From NCBI RefSeq assembly GCF_009734345.1, contig NZ_CP032551.1:1170001-1202000 (forward strand): a stretch of 32,000 nucleotides of DNA, read 5' to 3'. The notes under the pieces were generated by a model that was not told where the DNA came from, did no database searches, and saw nothing but the letters and a program-made list of their open reading frames with translations. The stretch comes from Pseudidiomarina andamanensis. GTDB taxonomy: Bacteria; Pseudomonadota; Gammaproteobacteria; Enterobacterales; Alteromonadaceae. Position 1 is the stretch's first letter. Each line of letters opens with the position of its first letter. The translations under genes were made by a program, and so were the position numbers. Positions 17,205 through 26,255 of the stretch are shown one piece after another.

Positions 17205-18566
17205 TTAAGTGGCCTCAAGTGCTTCTTGTAGACTTTTTACGCCAATGACTTCCATTCCCTTTATCTTGTCCTTTGGTTTATTGGCAACAGGAACAATAGC
17301 TTTGGTAAAGCCATGTTTTGCAGCCTCGTGGAGTCGAGCTTGGCCGTTGGGTACCGGTCGAATTTCTCCAGACAAACCCACCTCGCCAAACACAATAAGA
17401 TCACGGGGAAGTTCAGTTTCTCGAAAGCTAGAAACAATCGCGAGTAATAACGCGAGATCGGCGCCAGTTTCCATCACACGCACGCCACCAACGACGTTCA
17501 CAAATACATCTTGATCGGACATATGCAAGCCGCCGTGACGGTGTAATACTGCGAGCAACATCGCTAAACGCGTGGTTTCCATACCCACCGCAACCCGCCT
17601 TGGATTGGCAAGTTGACTTACATCAACCAGTGCTTGCAGCTCAACCAATAACGGGCGAGTTCCCTCCCAAATGACCATCACCACCGAACCGCTACCGTGT
17701 TGCTCACCACGTTGCAAGAATATTGCCGATGGATTCGTGACTTCTTTGAGGCCTTGCCCTGTCATAGCAAAAACGCCGAGTTCATTGGCTGGTCCAAAGC
17801 GGTTTTTATGACCACGAAGAGTTCTAAACCGTGAATCTGCATCGCCTTCCAGCAATATTGAGCAATCGATACAGTGTTCTAATACCTTAGGGCCTGCTAA
17901 CGAACCATCTTTGGTGACATGACCAACCATAATGATCGCAACACCCTTTTGTTTTGCATAACGCGTGAGATAGGCAGCACATTCGCGAACCTGTGAAACA
18001 CTGCCTGGCGCAGATTGAATGTCAGCTAAATGCATCACCTGAATTGAATCGATAACCATCACCCGCGGTTGTTCTTGATCTGCGAGATCGCAAATTGTTT
18101 CAACGGAAGTTTCTGCCAACATTCGAAGTTTATTCGTCGGCAAGGATAAACGTTGGGCACGCAGGGCTACTTGCTGCAATGATTCTTCACCGGTGATATA
18201 CAAAACTTTCATCTGATCGGCCAAGCGACACATGGTTTGCAGCAATAATGTACTTTTGCCAGCACCTGGCGAGCCGCCAATAAGTATGGCTGAACCGGGC
18301 ACAATACCGCCACCAAGCACACGATCAAACTCAGTAAAACTGCTGCTAAATCGCGGTAGCTCTTCTAAGTCCACCTCATTAAGCGTCTGCACTTTTGCTC
18401 GCGTAGCACCAGCATAACCACGACGCTCAGCACCGCTTGACTTGACGCTACCTAAGCGAACTTCAGTAATGGTATTCCACGCTTTGCACTCAGGGCACTG
18501 CCCTAACCATCTGACAAAGTCAGCGCCACAATCATTGCAGACGTATGCGGTTTTGGTTTTTGCCAT
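17205..18566 (-). CDS. radA: DNA repair protein RadA/Sms
   Basis: MAKTKTAYVCNDCGADFVRWLGQCPECKAWNT zinc finger, Walker A GGSPGAGKST, the KNRFG motif and a Lon-like C-terminal domain. The start at 18566 avoids overlap with serB. Confidence 0.95.
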   Translation of the reverse strand: MAKTKTAYVCNDCGADFVRWLGQCPECKAWNTITEVRLGSVKSSGAERRGYAGATRAKVQTLNEVDLEELPRFSSSFTEFDRVLGGGIVPGSAILIGGSPGAGKSTLLLQTMCRLADQMKVLYITGEESLQQVALRAQRLSLPTNKLRMLAETSVETICDLADQEQPRVMVIDSIQVMHLADIQSAPGSVSQVRECAAYLTRYAKQKGVAIIMVGHVTKDGSLAGPKVLEHCIDCSILLEGDADSRFRTLRGHKNRFGPANELGVFAMTGQGLKEVTNPSAIFLQRGEQHGSGSVVMVIWEGTRPLLVELQALVDVSQLANPRRVAVGMETTRLAMLLAVLHRHGGLHMSDQDVFVNVVGGVRVMETGADLALLLAIVSSFRETELPRDLIVFGEVGLSGEIRPVPNGQARLHEAAKHGFTKAIVPVANKPKDKIKGMEVIGVKSLQEALEAT

Positions 18567-18582
18567 CGTTTGAATTTTTCCT

Positions 18583-19230
18583 TTAGCGCTGTTCAAAATA
18601 ATCAATCACAGCGGACAAATCGGGAGTGTCGATACACAGGTCCGCCACATTTCGAAGCGCCGGCTTCGCGCAAAATGCAATGCCAAAGCCTGCAGCCTCA
18701 AGCATTGGAATATCATTTGCACCGTCACCTATTGCTATCGTTTGACTATTCTCTATGCCTAACTCCGTTGCCCAGTTTACTAGGCAATCCGCTTTTGTTT
18801 GCGCATCAACAATTGGTTCAGCAACTTCGCCAGTTAAACGGTCAGCGTTCCACAGTAGCGAGTTCGCGTGAAAAAAGTTTAGGCCTAAATGCTCTTGTAC
18901 CTTATCGGTAAACCAAGTAAAACCACCAGATACCACGCCGACTTGCCATTGATGCTGCTGCAACCAGTTTACGAGTTTTTCGGCGCCAGGTGTAAATGGA
19001 ATGGGTTCAAATATGGCGTTCATCTGCCGTGCCGTCACACCAGTCAACGCTGCAACTCGCTCCCGCAAGCTTTGGGCGAAATCCAACTCACCTCGCATTG
19101 CTCTCTCCGTAATAGCGCTCACTTCGTCCTTACAACCAGCGTGTGCCGCTATTTCATCAATACATTCGATAGTAATTAGGGTCGAATCCATATCAAAAAT
19201 AACAAGGCCAGGTTTTGAAAAGTCGGGCAT
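18583..19230 (-). CDS. serB: Phosphoserine phosphatase SerB (short HAD-only form)
   Basis: HAD motif I VIFDMDSTLITIECIDEIA and motif IV IAIGDGANDIPMLEAAG. serB-radA adjacency matches E. coli. It lacks the N-terminal domain of the 322-aa E. coli enzyme. Confidence 0.85.
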   Translation of the reverse strand: MPDFSKPGLVIFDMDSTLITIECIDEIAAHAGCKDEVSAITERAMRGELDFAQSLRERVAALTGVTARQMNAIFEPIPFTPGAEKLVNWLQQHQWQVGVVSGGFTWFTDKVQEHLGLNFFHANSLLWNADRLTGEVAEPIVDAQTKADCLVNWATELGIENSQTIAIGDGANDIPMLEAAGFGIAFCAKPALRNVADLCIDTPDLSAVIDYFEQR

Positions 19231-19294
19231 GAAAGGTTCGCCTTAAATGTTAAGTAGGTTGCTAAGCACCAGCAATTCAACGTATATTTGCCGC

Positions 19295-19876
19295 ATGATA
19301 AAAATCCCTGCTCATGTTAACAGTCTATTCAAGCTTGTCTATCGGCGAGGGCGTCGGTTCGGGCTCGCGATACTGTTGATATTGCTCATCGAGCAGTTTT
19401 GGAGTGCCATGCACACCACTAGTTTGCAAGAGTTTCAATCATACAGCCATCAATTAATGAGTTTGACTGCAGAACAAGCAGCAGCCGAAGCTCGTCACTG
19501 GATAGCAGTAGATGATACCGACAACCTTGAACAATTGGTGAATCAACTGCAAGTTAAACCGTTTATTGCGGCAGCACAAATCCAAAATCGCTATGGTCAA
19601 TCAATTACCTCATCGCTTCAACAAGCCGAGAGTGATCAAGTTGAGCAAGCATTAATTTTGGTAGAGGAAGTGATTGATGGCGGTCGTGTTATCGGTTACT
19701 TAACGCTGACCGTTGATGAATCATTACTACTTGATGCACCGGTTAAAACCCATGAGTACCTAGCTTTCTACGGTCAATTTTTATTGGGATTTGCAATACT
19801 AGCCGGTATTTTCATGGCGATCACGTTTAATCGTTGGCGATACCGACGTTCCCCGCTTTCTGAGACTACCGAGTAA
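19295..19876 (+). CDS. ytjB: AhpA/YtjB (Smp) family membrane protein
   Basis: It is divergent from serB, as E. coli ytjB is. It has N- and C-terminal TM helices and GYLTLTVD (compare GYLRLTLD in YtjB). I chose the start MIKIPAH. The track ORF begins at 19247. Confidence 0.68.
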   Translation: MIKIPAHVNSLFKLVYRRGRRFGLAILLILLIEQFWSAMHTTSLQEFQSYSHQLMSLTAEQAAAEARHWIAVDDTDNLEQLVNQLQVKPFIAAAQIQNRYGQSITSSLQQAESDQVEQALILVEEVIDGGRVIGYLTLTVDESLLLDAPVKTHEYLAFYGQFLLGFAILAGIFMAITFNRWRYRRSPLSETTE

Positions 19877-20645
19877 ATTCGCCAAATAAACGGCACGTGT
19901 TGTTCCAGATCACCTCCGCCAGCTGCTCTATCGGTTCTTCTCGTAATGCACTGAGTTCTTTCAATACCTTATAGCACTGTGCAGGTTCGTTGCGTTGGCC
20001 TTGATATCCAGTCAACGGCATATCTGGTGCGTCAGTTTCAAGCACGAGATGATGTATATCGGCTTGCTGAATAGCTTGACGTGTTTTATTGGCTCGTGAA
20101 TACGTGATAGTTCCCCCAACCCCTAACATAAATCCAAGCTTGGTCCACTCATTGGCTTGCTCGGCACTTCCGGAAAAGGCATGGATGACACCGGGAACCT
20201 CCGGTAATTTGTTTCGCACAGGCTTTAAAATTCGAAATAACTCGGGCTGAGTTTTTCGATGGTGTAAAACAATACTGCGTTTAAACGCTACAGCTAAATC
20301 AACTTGGGCAGCGAATAGTTCGTCTTGCTTTTTGTAATCGTTAATCTCGGCATCTAAGCCAATTTCTCCCACCACTGCGTGTGGAAATTTATCTAGTTGC
20401 TGCGCCAACCACTCAATGTCGGAGGCTTGGTGTTGATCAATAAAATAAGGATGCAGTCCGTATCCTTCGATAATTTCTATCGGCGGACAATCGTTGATCC
20501 AGCGTTTATCAATGCTTAATTGACGGGTGACACCAGGAACGAAAAGTCGCTTTACAGCCTGCTGCGCAGCTTGTTGCATCACGGCTTTTCGGTCGTGTTG
20601 AAAGGCGTCAAAATTAATATGACAGTGACTATCAAATAATTTCAC
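19866..20645 (-). CDS. TatD-family metal-dependent hydrolase (YjjV-like)
   Basis: 259 aa. MKLFDSHCHINFDAF carries the HxH motif, with conserved GEIGLD, HAFSG and LETDAP. Confidence 0.88.
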   Translation of the reverse strand: MKLFDSHCHINFDAFQHDRKAVMQQAAQQAVKRLFVPGVTRQLSIDKRWINDCPPIEIIEGYGLHPYFIDQHQASDIEWLAQQLDKFPHAVVGEIGLDAEINDYKKQDELFAAQVDLAVAFKRSIVLHHRKTQPELFRILKPVRNKLPEVPGVIHAFSGSAEQANEWTKLGFMLGVGGTITYSRANKTRQAIQQADIHHLVLETDAPDMPLTGYQGQRNEPAQCYKVLKELSALREEPIEQLAEVIWNNTCRLFGEFTR

Positions 20646-20668
20646 GACGCCTCCTATTGGGCTGTTGT

Positions 20669-22264
20669 TTAGTGCTCCCGCGTATGACTAAAGACGATAT
20701 CTGGATAGCGCTCGGTAGCCAAACTCAAATTCACCATGGTCGGTGCAATATAAGTTAAATTGTCACCACCATCGAGGGCAAGGTTTGATTCTGCTTTACG
20801 GCGAAAATCGTCGAGTTTCTTTGCATCGCTGCAACTAACCCAACGCGCCGTCGCAACGTTGATACTCTCGTAAACTGCATCGACGTTATATTCGGACTTC
20901 AATCGATGAACAACCACATCAAACTGCAACACACCCACAGCGCCAACAATTAAATCATTGTTACTAAGTGGGCGGAAAACCTGTACTGCACCTTCTTCGG
21001 ACAGCTGTACCAAACCTTTGAGCAACTGCTTTTGCTTCAACGGATCTTTTAAGCGAATACGACGGAAAAGCTCCGGCGCAAAGTTCGGAATACCACTGAA
21101 CTTAAACTGCTCACCACCGGTAAAGGTATCACCAATTTGAATGGTACCGTGGTTGTGTAAACCAATAATGTCGCCAGGATAAGCCTCTTCAACTTGCTCA
21201 CGATCACCGGCCAAAAAGGTTAACGCATCAGCAATACGAACGTCTTTACCAATTCGCACTTGATGCATCTTCATGCCCTTTTCATACTTACCTGAAACGA
21301 TACGCATGAATGCCACACGGTCGCGGTGTTTCGGATCCATGTTCGCCTGAATTTTGAAAACGAAGCCAGAAAAATCTGGGTGAGTTGCCGGAATTGCTTT
21401 GCCATCATCGGTTTCGCGCGAAAGCGGTGTTGGCGCCCAATCCACAAGACCATCCAGCATATGGTCAACACCAAAGTTACCTAATGCCGTACCGAAATAG
21501 ACAGGCGTTAATTCACCAGCTAAAAACATCTCAAGGTCAAAACTATTCGAAGCCCCTTTCACCAATTCAATTTGCATCCGCAATTCGTCTGCAAAGTCGC
21601 CAATGCGTGAATCCAGCTCAGGGTTATCTAAACCTTTAATGACATCCAACTCTTGAATGCGATGACCCTGACCGGTTTTGTAAAAAATCACCTCGTCATT
21701 AAGGAGGTGATAGACCCCCTTAAAGTTTTTGCCAGAACCGATTGGCCAAGTAATTGGCGCACACATAATATTCAAAACATTCTCAACTTCATCCAATAAT
21801 TCCAACGGATCGCGGATATCACGGTCGAGTTTGTTCATAAAGGTGATGATTGGTGTATCACGCAGACGTGTTACTTCCATGAGTTTAATGGTGCGGTCTT
21901 CGACACCTTTCGCGCCGTCAATCACCATAAGGCAAGAGTCGACCGCCGTTAGTGTGCGGTAGGTATCTTCGGAAAAGTCTTCGTGACCTGGGGTATCAAG
22001 CAAGTTGACCAAGGCATTGCGATACGGGAATTGCATCACCGATGTCGTGACCGAGATCCCCCGCTCTTTTTCCATTTCCATCCAGTCAGATTTCGCATGC
22101 TGACCCGATTTCTTGCCTTTCACAGTTCCAGCTTTTTGTAGCTTTTGTCCGTGTAACAATACTTTTTCAGTAATGGTCGTTTTACCCGCATCAGGGTGCG
22201 AGATAATAGCGAACGTACGTCGCTTGGCGACTTCTTTGGCGATAGCTTTGGCCAGATCTGACAT
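20669..22264 (-). CDS. prfC: Peptide chain release factor 3
   Basis: 531 aa with GTPase motifs [24 protein letters not shown] and NKLD, and the same overall length as RF3. Confidence 0.97.
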   Translation of the reverse strand: MSDLAKAIAKEVAKRRTFAIISHPDAGKTTITEKVLLHGQKLQKAGTVKGKKSGQHAKSDWMEMEKERGISVTTSVMQFPYRNALVNLLDTPGHEDFSEDTYRTLTAVDSCLMVIDGAKGVEDRTIKLMEVTRLRDTPIITFMNKLDRDIRDPLELLDEVENVLNIMCAPITWPIGSGKNFKGVYHLLNDEVIFYKTGQGHRIQELDVIKGLDNPELDSRIGDFADELRMQIELVKGASNSFDLEMFLAGELTPVYFGTALGNFGVDHMLDGLVDWAPTPLSRETDDGKAIPATHPDFSGFVFKIQANMDPKHRDRVAFMRIVSGKYEKGMKMHQVRIGKDVRIADALTFLAGDREQVEEAYPGDIIGLHNHGTIQIGDTFTGGEQFKFSGIPNFAPELFRRIRLKDPLKQKQLLKGLVQLSEEGAVQVFRPLSNNDLIVGAVGVLQFDVVVHRLKSEYNVDAVYESINVATARWVSCSDAKKLDDFRRKAESNLALDGGDNLTYIAPTMVNLSLATERYPDIVFSHTREH

Positions 22265-22314
22265 GCTGAACTCTTTTTCCTAATGGATAAGTCAATATAA
22301 AGACAATAAATACG

Positions 22315-22352
22315 AAAGTGCCGCGAATTCTAACCGAATTCGCGGCACTTTT
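22315..22352 (-). terminator. Rho-independent terminator after the cytochrome c-nirK-nirV-sco operon
   Basis: The 14-bp GC-rich perfect stem is AGTGCCGCGAATTC (22317-22330) / GAATTCGCGGCACT (22336-22349) with a 5-nt loop. T-rich flanks on both strands, 33 nt downstream of the sco stop. Confidence 0.78.
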
Positions 22353-22384
22353 GTACGATTAACTCAAATTGAGAGTCGGCAGTT

Positions 22385-23032
22385 TTAGTGGTGCAACAAA
22401 TGATTCTCATCAATAATTTTCACCAGTGCATTCACTGCATCTTCAACTGGTCGATTCAAACCTTCTACACGTTCAACGACACGACCATGTACATCAAGAA
22501 CAGTAACCAAGTTGCTATGGTCAAAATCACCGTCAGAACGCTTACGATAACGAACGCCTAGCAACGTTGCTAAGGCGCGAATGTTGTTGTCATCACCATG
22601 AAGAAATGTCCAAACGTCGTCACCCAAATTGTATTTCTTTGCATATTCAGCCAATGCAGCTGGAGTGTCACGGTCCTCATCAAAACTGACCATCACTAAT
22701 TTAACTTCTTGCTTGTAGGCTTCTGGCAGAGCCTCAAAAATACGACGTGCATCGTTCACTAGTACCGGACAAGCTGTGGTGCAACTACCATAAATCATGG
22801 AAATAACGACCGGCTGGCCTTGGAAATTTGCTAGCGTTAATGACTCGCCAGTATGTGCTTGCCACTCACCATCTAAATGATAAATAGAATGCTCTTTATT
22901 TACCGGTTCAGCCTTGAACGTTGTGTGATTCTTATGATCATGATGATTATGTTGACTGTGATCTTGTGCCACAGCGACACCAGAACCCAAAAGCATGACG
23001 GATAAAGCAAAGATTAAGTTTTTCATGATCAT
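22385..23032 (-). CDS. SCO1/SenC-family periplasmic copper chaperone (thioredoxin fold) with a His-rich N-terminus
   Basis: Signal peptide, a CTTACP (CxxxC) motif, a downstream conserved His (DFDHSN) and the His-rich stretch DHSQHNHHDHKNH. Its ATGA start overlaps the nirV-like stop. Confidence 0.85.
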   Translation of the reverse strand: MIMKNLIFALSVMLLGSGVAVAQDHSQHNHHDHKNHTTFKAEPVNKEHSIYHLDGEWQAHTGESLTLANFQGQPVVISMIYGSCTTACPVLVNDARRIFEALPEAYKQEVKLVMVSFDEDRDTPAALAEYAKKYNLGDDVWTFLHGDDNNIRALATLLGVRYRKRSDGDFDHSNLVTVLDVHGRVVERVEGLNRPVEDAVNALVKIIDENHLLHH

Positions 23033-23778
23033 TTCTCCATATCGTAAGCACAGCGGAAGCCTAAAGTGCTGGTTGTGCTTTGTGGGCGATAGTTGCTACG
23101 CGATTGATACCGAAAAAACGTTGCGTAGCTCGCATCACCAAAATCAGCCATAAATCTTGCGCTGTCGCCGCAAGAGCCGGCGAGTAAATCATTGTTGTCA
23201 CCATTTGTTAGCAACAACTGATAATCTTCAACCCACTCGTTCACACGGTTGTGCATGTATTCAAGATGTTCGATATTCGCATCCACGTCTTGCTTGCTAT
23301 AGGCCGTTGGGTTGCTGTTTCGTGCAAACAACATCTGTGCGTATTCTTTGTCGCTCAAGTTTTGTTGCTGCAAATAATAATTCGATGCGTATTCCCATTC
23401 ATCGAGTGTTGGTAAGCGTCCGCTTTGTGCATCACAGTAAGCACGCGCCGCAAACCAAGATACTTGTGTGACGGCCTTACTCTCAAAGCCCGCCGGTAGT
23501 TCTTCATTGCCAGGCCAACTCTTCAAATAATTTCCGTCATGGAAAATCGCGGCAATGTTATCGCGTTGCCATTTCTCGTTTTCCGATACAAACTCCAGAT
23601 ATTGCGCATAAGTGACTGGTGCTGCATCTAGCTTGAACGCAGGCATCACCACAACCTCAACGGTTTCATCAAGTAGTACCGCAGGCTTATATTCACCAGC
23701 GGGAATGATGACCGGCTCGGCGGCTGCTTGCGCAGCCACCACCATACTCAAAACACTCAGCCACTTATACATAATCAA
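23029..23778 (-). CDS. nirV: Formylglycine-generating-enzyme (FGE/SUMF1) family protein, NirV-like, periplasmic
   Basis: Signal peptide, VTQVSWFAARAYCDAQSGRLPTLDEWEYA and a C-terminal LGFRC, the hallmark FGE-sulfatase domain motifs. It lies immediately downstream of nirK, as nirV does in Rhodobacter sphaeroides. Confidence 0.8.
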   Translation of the reverse strand: MIMYKWLSVLSMVVAAQAAAEPVIIPAGEYKPAVLLDETVEVVVMPAFKLDAAPVTYAQYLEFVSENEKWQRDNIAAIFHDGNYLKSWPGNEELPAGFESKAVTQVSWFAARAYCDAQSGRLPTLDEWEYASNYYLQQQNLSDKEYAQMLFARNSNPTAYSKQDVDANIEHLEYMHNRVNEWVEDYQLLLTNGDNNDLLAGSCGDSARFMADFGDASYATFFRYQSRSNYRPQSTTSTLGFRCAYDMEK

Positions 23779-23789
23779 CTCCTGTTGAC

Positions 23790-24938
23790 TTATTTCTTAC
23801 GAGGGCCTGCGTATAACGCGCCAGCGGCACCGCGCTCAGCATCTGCAAACTCATGGTCTACCAGTTTGTAAACACCTTCTTCTGGAACAATGAATTCAAC
23901 AGTTGCACTGCTACTCGCACCAAGCAACACAGTCTGCATGCCATACCAAGTATTACGTGGGTCACCTTCGGCCCATACTTTATCGAAAATTGCACCGATA
24001 ACGTGGAAGCTTGAAGTGCCTGACGGGCCTGCATTCAAGAAGTGAATACGCACACGGTCACCTGCATTAGACTTCAATGGGTTCTCGCTCAAAGCTGAAA
24101 CGTGACCGTTGAATACAACGTGACTTGGGTCGCGCGCTAATGCTGCAGAGTGGTCGTAAATATAGTCTTCGCCCATTTGCTCAAGGTACATCTCTGATTG
24201 AACAATCACGTACTCTTGGTCAACTTCTTTATCAGTTGGGTAACCTTCTTTTGGCGATACAACCACAGCACCATATTGACCCATTGCAGTGTGCATCAGA
24301 ACGCTTGAAGTACCGCAGTGATACATGTAAGTACCGGCATAGTTCGCAATCCATTCAAATTCGATAGTTTCGCCCGGAGCGATAGTCGCCCACTTGTCAT
24401 TCGCTGCGACAGTACCGCTATGGAAATCCATAGAGTGTGGCATTGGTGCAACAACCGGTTGATGCTTCTGTAATTGGTTCGCTGCAATTTGATCAAAGTA
24501 AGGTGAAGCACCTTTGAATGGTTTAGTAATCACAACTTCTTCAGTTGAACGGTTCTTCATTTTGAACACCACGCGGTCGCCTTCACGTACGTGAAGTACC
24601 GGACCTGGTACGCTACCACCGAAAGTCCATGCGTTGTAGCTAACACCCGGCGCTACTTCAACTTTCTGTGAAAACACGTCCATACGAACTTCGTGTTCCT
24701 TGTTACCTTTGTAATCGAGTTCAGCTAAATGCGGAACCATGGTCACATAGTCGCCGACTACCGCTGGACCGTTGTAATCATCACGATAAATTTTGGCTTT
24801 TGGCATACCGTAAATTTTGCCGTCAATGACGTACTCACTGTCATGTTTCAACGGTACGTTTGCTTCGGCGATAACAGGTAAGCCTGCAAAAGAGACGAGT
24901 AAGGCACTTGCAACTGCACTTTTAATGAAGGTTTTCAT
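23790..24938 (-). CDS. nirK: Copper-containing nitrite reductase NirK homologue (two-domain cupredoxin)
   Basis: The signal peptide is followed by HSMDFH (T1 His, catalytic Asp, T2 His), YHC (T2 His, T1 Cys), SFHVIGAIFDKVW (catalytic His/Ile) and VDHEFADAERGAAG (third T2 His). The spacings are close to classical NirK. Confidence 0.85.
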   Translation of the reverse strand: MKTFIKSAVASALLVSFAGLPVIAEANVPLKHDSEYVIDGKIYGMPKAKIYRDDYNGPAVVGDYVTMVPHLAELDYKGNKEHEVRMDVFSQKVEVAPGVSYNAWTFGGSVPGPVLHVREGDRVVFKMKNRSTEEVVITKPFKGASPYFDQIAANQLQKHQPVVAPMPHSMDFHSGTVAANDKWATIAPGETIEFEWIANYAGTYMYHCGTSSVLMHTAMGQYGAVVVSPKEGYPTDKEVDQEYVIVQSEMYLEQMGEDYIYDHSAALARDPSHVVFNGHVSALSENPLKSNAGDRVRIHFLNAGPSGTSSFHVIGAIFDKVWAEGDPRNTWYGMQTVLLGASSSATVEFIVPEEGVYKLVDHEFADAERGAAGALYAGPRKK

Positions 24939-24968
24939 AATAATACTCCAATGTATTGAATTTAATTC

Positions 24969-25361
24969 TTAACGCACTGCTTTAACTTCAGCGGCTGAAA
25001 CTTCTTTGCTTCCGCTTGCGAATTTTCTGTTGACGTAATTAACTACCGCAGCAATGTCAGCATCTGACAAATAAGCCATCGGCGGCATCATGCCGTTGTA
25101 TTCAGCACCATTGACGGTGACTTTCCCTGACTTACCTTTCACGATAGTTTCAGCAATGTAGGCTGGCTTATCAGTAATGTTTGAGTTACCCGCCAAAGGA
25201 GGGAATACAGCTGCCATACCTTGGCCATTGGCCTGGTGACATGCCATACAATTTTTCTTGTAAACCGCTTCACCTGCATCGGCTTGTGCGCCTGCGGAGA
25301 AAAGAGCAAAAATTGAAGCTGCTGCAAAAATGCCTGATTTGAATTTATTCATGTTAGTCAT
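24969..25361 (-). CDS. Class I monohaem c-type cytochrome (probable electron donor to NirK)
   Basis: 130 aa with a signal peptide, the haem motif CMACH and a distal MMPPM Met region. SD AGGGG lies 7 nt upstream of the ATG at 25361. Confidence 0.85.
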   Translation of the reverse strand: MTNMNKFKSGIFAAASIFALFSAGAQADAGEAVYKKNCMACHQANGQGMAAVFPPLAGNSNITDKPAYIAETIVKGKSGKVTVNGAEYNGMMPPMAYLSDADIAAVVNYVNRKFASGSKEVSAAEVKAVR

Positions 25362-25542
25362 CGTAATACCCCTATTCGAAGTCTTTGTTTGATGACTATA
25401 GATTAGCGAATTGACGGGCTTTTACGAGTGAAATGAAGGAGTAAACGAGGGCTACCACTTTTAGGTTAAACCCTCTATTACTGATAGTATGAAAGAGGAG
25501 TATTAATTAGTTTTATTTATGATTTAATTGTTTTTTTAACAA

Positions 25543-26247
25543 TTAAATAAGGGCATCAAGGGCCAATTCAACCATGGCATGAAAACCTAATTGGCGTTCA
25601 TCAGAGCTCAATGCCTCGCCTCGAACAATATGATCCGAAACCGTCAGTACTGTCAGGGCTGCAACACCGTGTTCAGCCGCAACACCATATAGCCCAGCTG
25701 CTTCCATTTCGACGCCCAAGATGCCCATTTGTTGGAATCGTTGCCGCAGTGCGGGATCTGCCTGATAAAATAAATCAGCCGAAAATACGTTGCCTACGCG
25801 AACATCTATTGACGTGCTTTCTGCGTGACTCACTACTTGACGCAATAACTCGAAGTCAGCAATGGCGGCGAAGTCAAAGTTGTTGAAGCGTTGCCGATTG
25901 ACGCCAGAATCGGTACATGCGCCTTGCGCCAAGATAATATCGTGTAACTGAATATCTGGCATAACTGCGCCACAACTGCCGACACGAACGAGCTTCGACA
26001 CGCCGTAATGGCGGATCAATTCGGTGGCGTAAATAGAACAAGATGGAATACCCATGCCGGTACCCATAACGGACACGGGTTGCCCTTTGTAGGTACCCGT
26101 GAAGCCCAACATGTTACGAACATCGGTAACACACTGTGCGTTTTCCAAAAATTGCTCCGCAATAAACTTGGCGCGTAACGGGTCGCCGGGCAATAAACAC
26201 AGTTCGGCAAAAGCACCTTCAGGTGCGTTGATATGAGGTGTTGTCAT
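25543..26247 (-). CDS. deoD: Purine nucleoside phosphorylase DeoD
   Basis: [35 protein letters not shown]...[26 protein letters not shown] is nearly colinear with E. coli DeoD. Confidence 0.96.
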   Translation of the reverse strand: MTTPHINAPEGAFAELCLLPGDPLRAKFIAEQFLENAQCVTDVRNMLGFTGTYKGQPVSVMGTGMGIPSCSIYATELIRHYGVSKLVRVGSCGAVMPDIQLHDIILAQGACTDSGVNRQRFNNFDFAAIADFELLRQVVSHAESTSIDVRVGNVFSADLFYQADPALRQRFQQMGILGVEMEAAGLYGVAAEHGVAALTVLTVSDHIVRGEALSSDERQLGFHAMVELALDALI

Positions 26248-26255
26248 AGTTTTAG

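Noticed and set aside
15497-18605. Long N-terminal extensions in the track ORFs for the permease (to 16573), ATPase (to 15536), radA (to 18605), nagZ (to 13358), tadD-like (to 3056), S41 peptidase (from 13399) and ytjB (from 19247).
   Set aside because: The extensions overlap the upstream genes or lack similarity to the known N-termini of these families. The internal starts give ATGA/TGATG coupling, proper signal peptides or lipoboxes, or match the E. coli N-termini.
22317-22349. A 14-bp perfect palindrome containing two EcoRI sites (GAATTC), considered as a possible mobile-element inverted repeat or restriction-related signal.
   Set aside because: It is a single hairpin with a 5-nt loop and T-rich flanks, 33 nt after the sco stop, which is classic intrinsic-terminator geometry. 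There are no flanking direct repeats and no transposase.
25388-25402. TTGAT-GACT-ATAGA upstream of the cytochrome c/nirK operon, considered as a possible FNR/NnrR/Dnr box (consensus TTGAT-N4-ATCAA).
   Set aside because: Only one half-site matches (3 of 5 in the second half). It lies about 34 nt from the start codon and overlaps the TATAGT -10-like element on the coding strand, not the position near -41.5 expected for class II activation.
25522-25548. An 11-bp AT-only hairpin, ATTTAATTGTT-TTTTT-AACAATTAAAT, overlapping the deoD stop codon, considered as a possible deo operon terminator.
   Set aside because: The stem is entirely A/T apart from one G-C pair, so its stability is very low. It has no U-tract on the transcribed (minus) strand. 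It may contribute to termination but cannot be called confidently.
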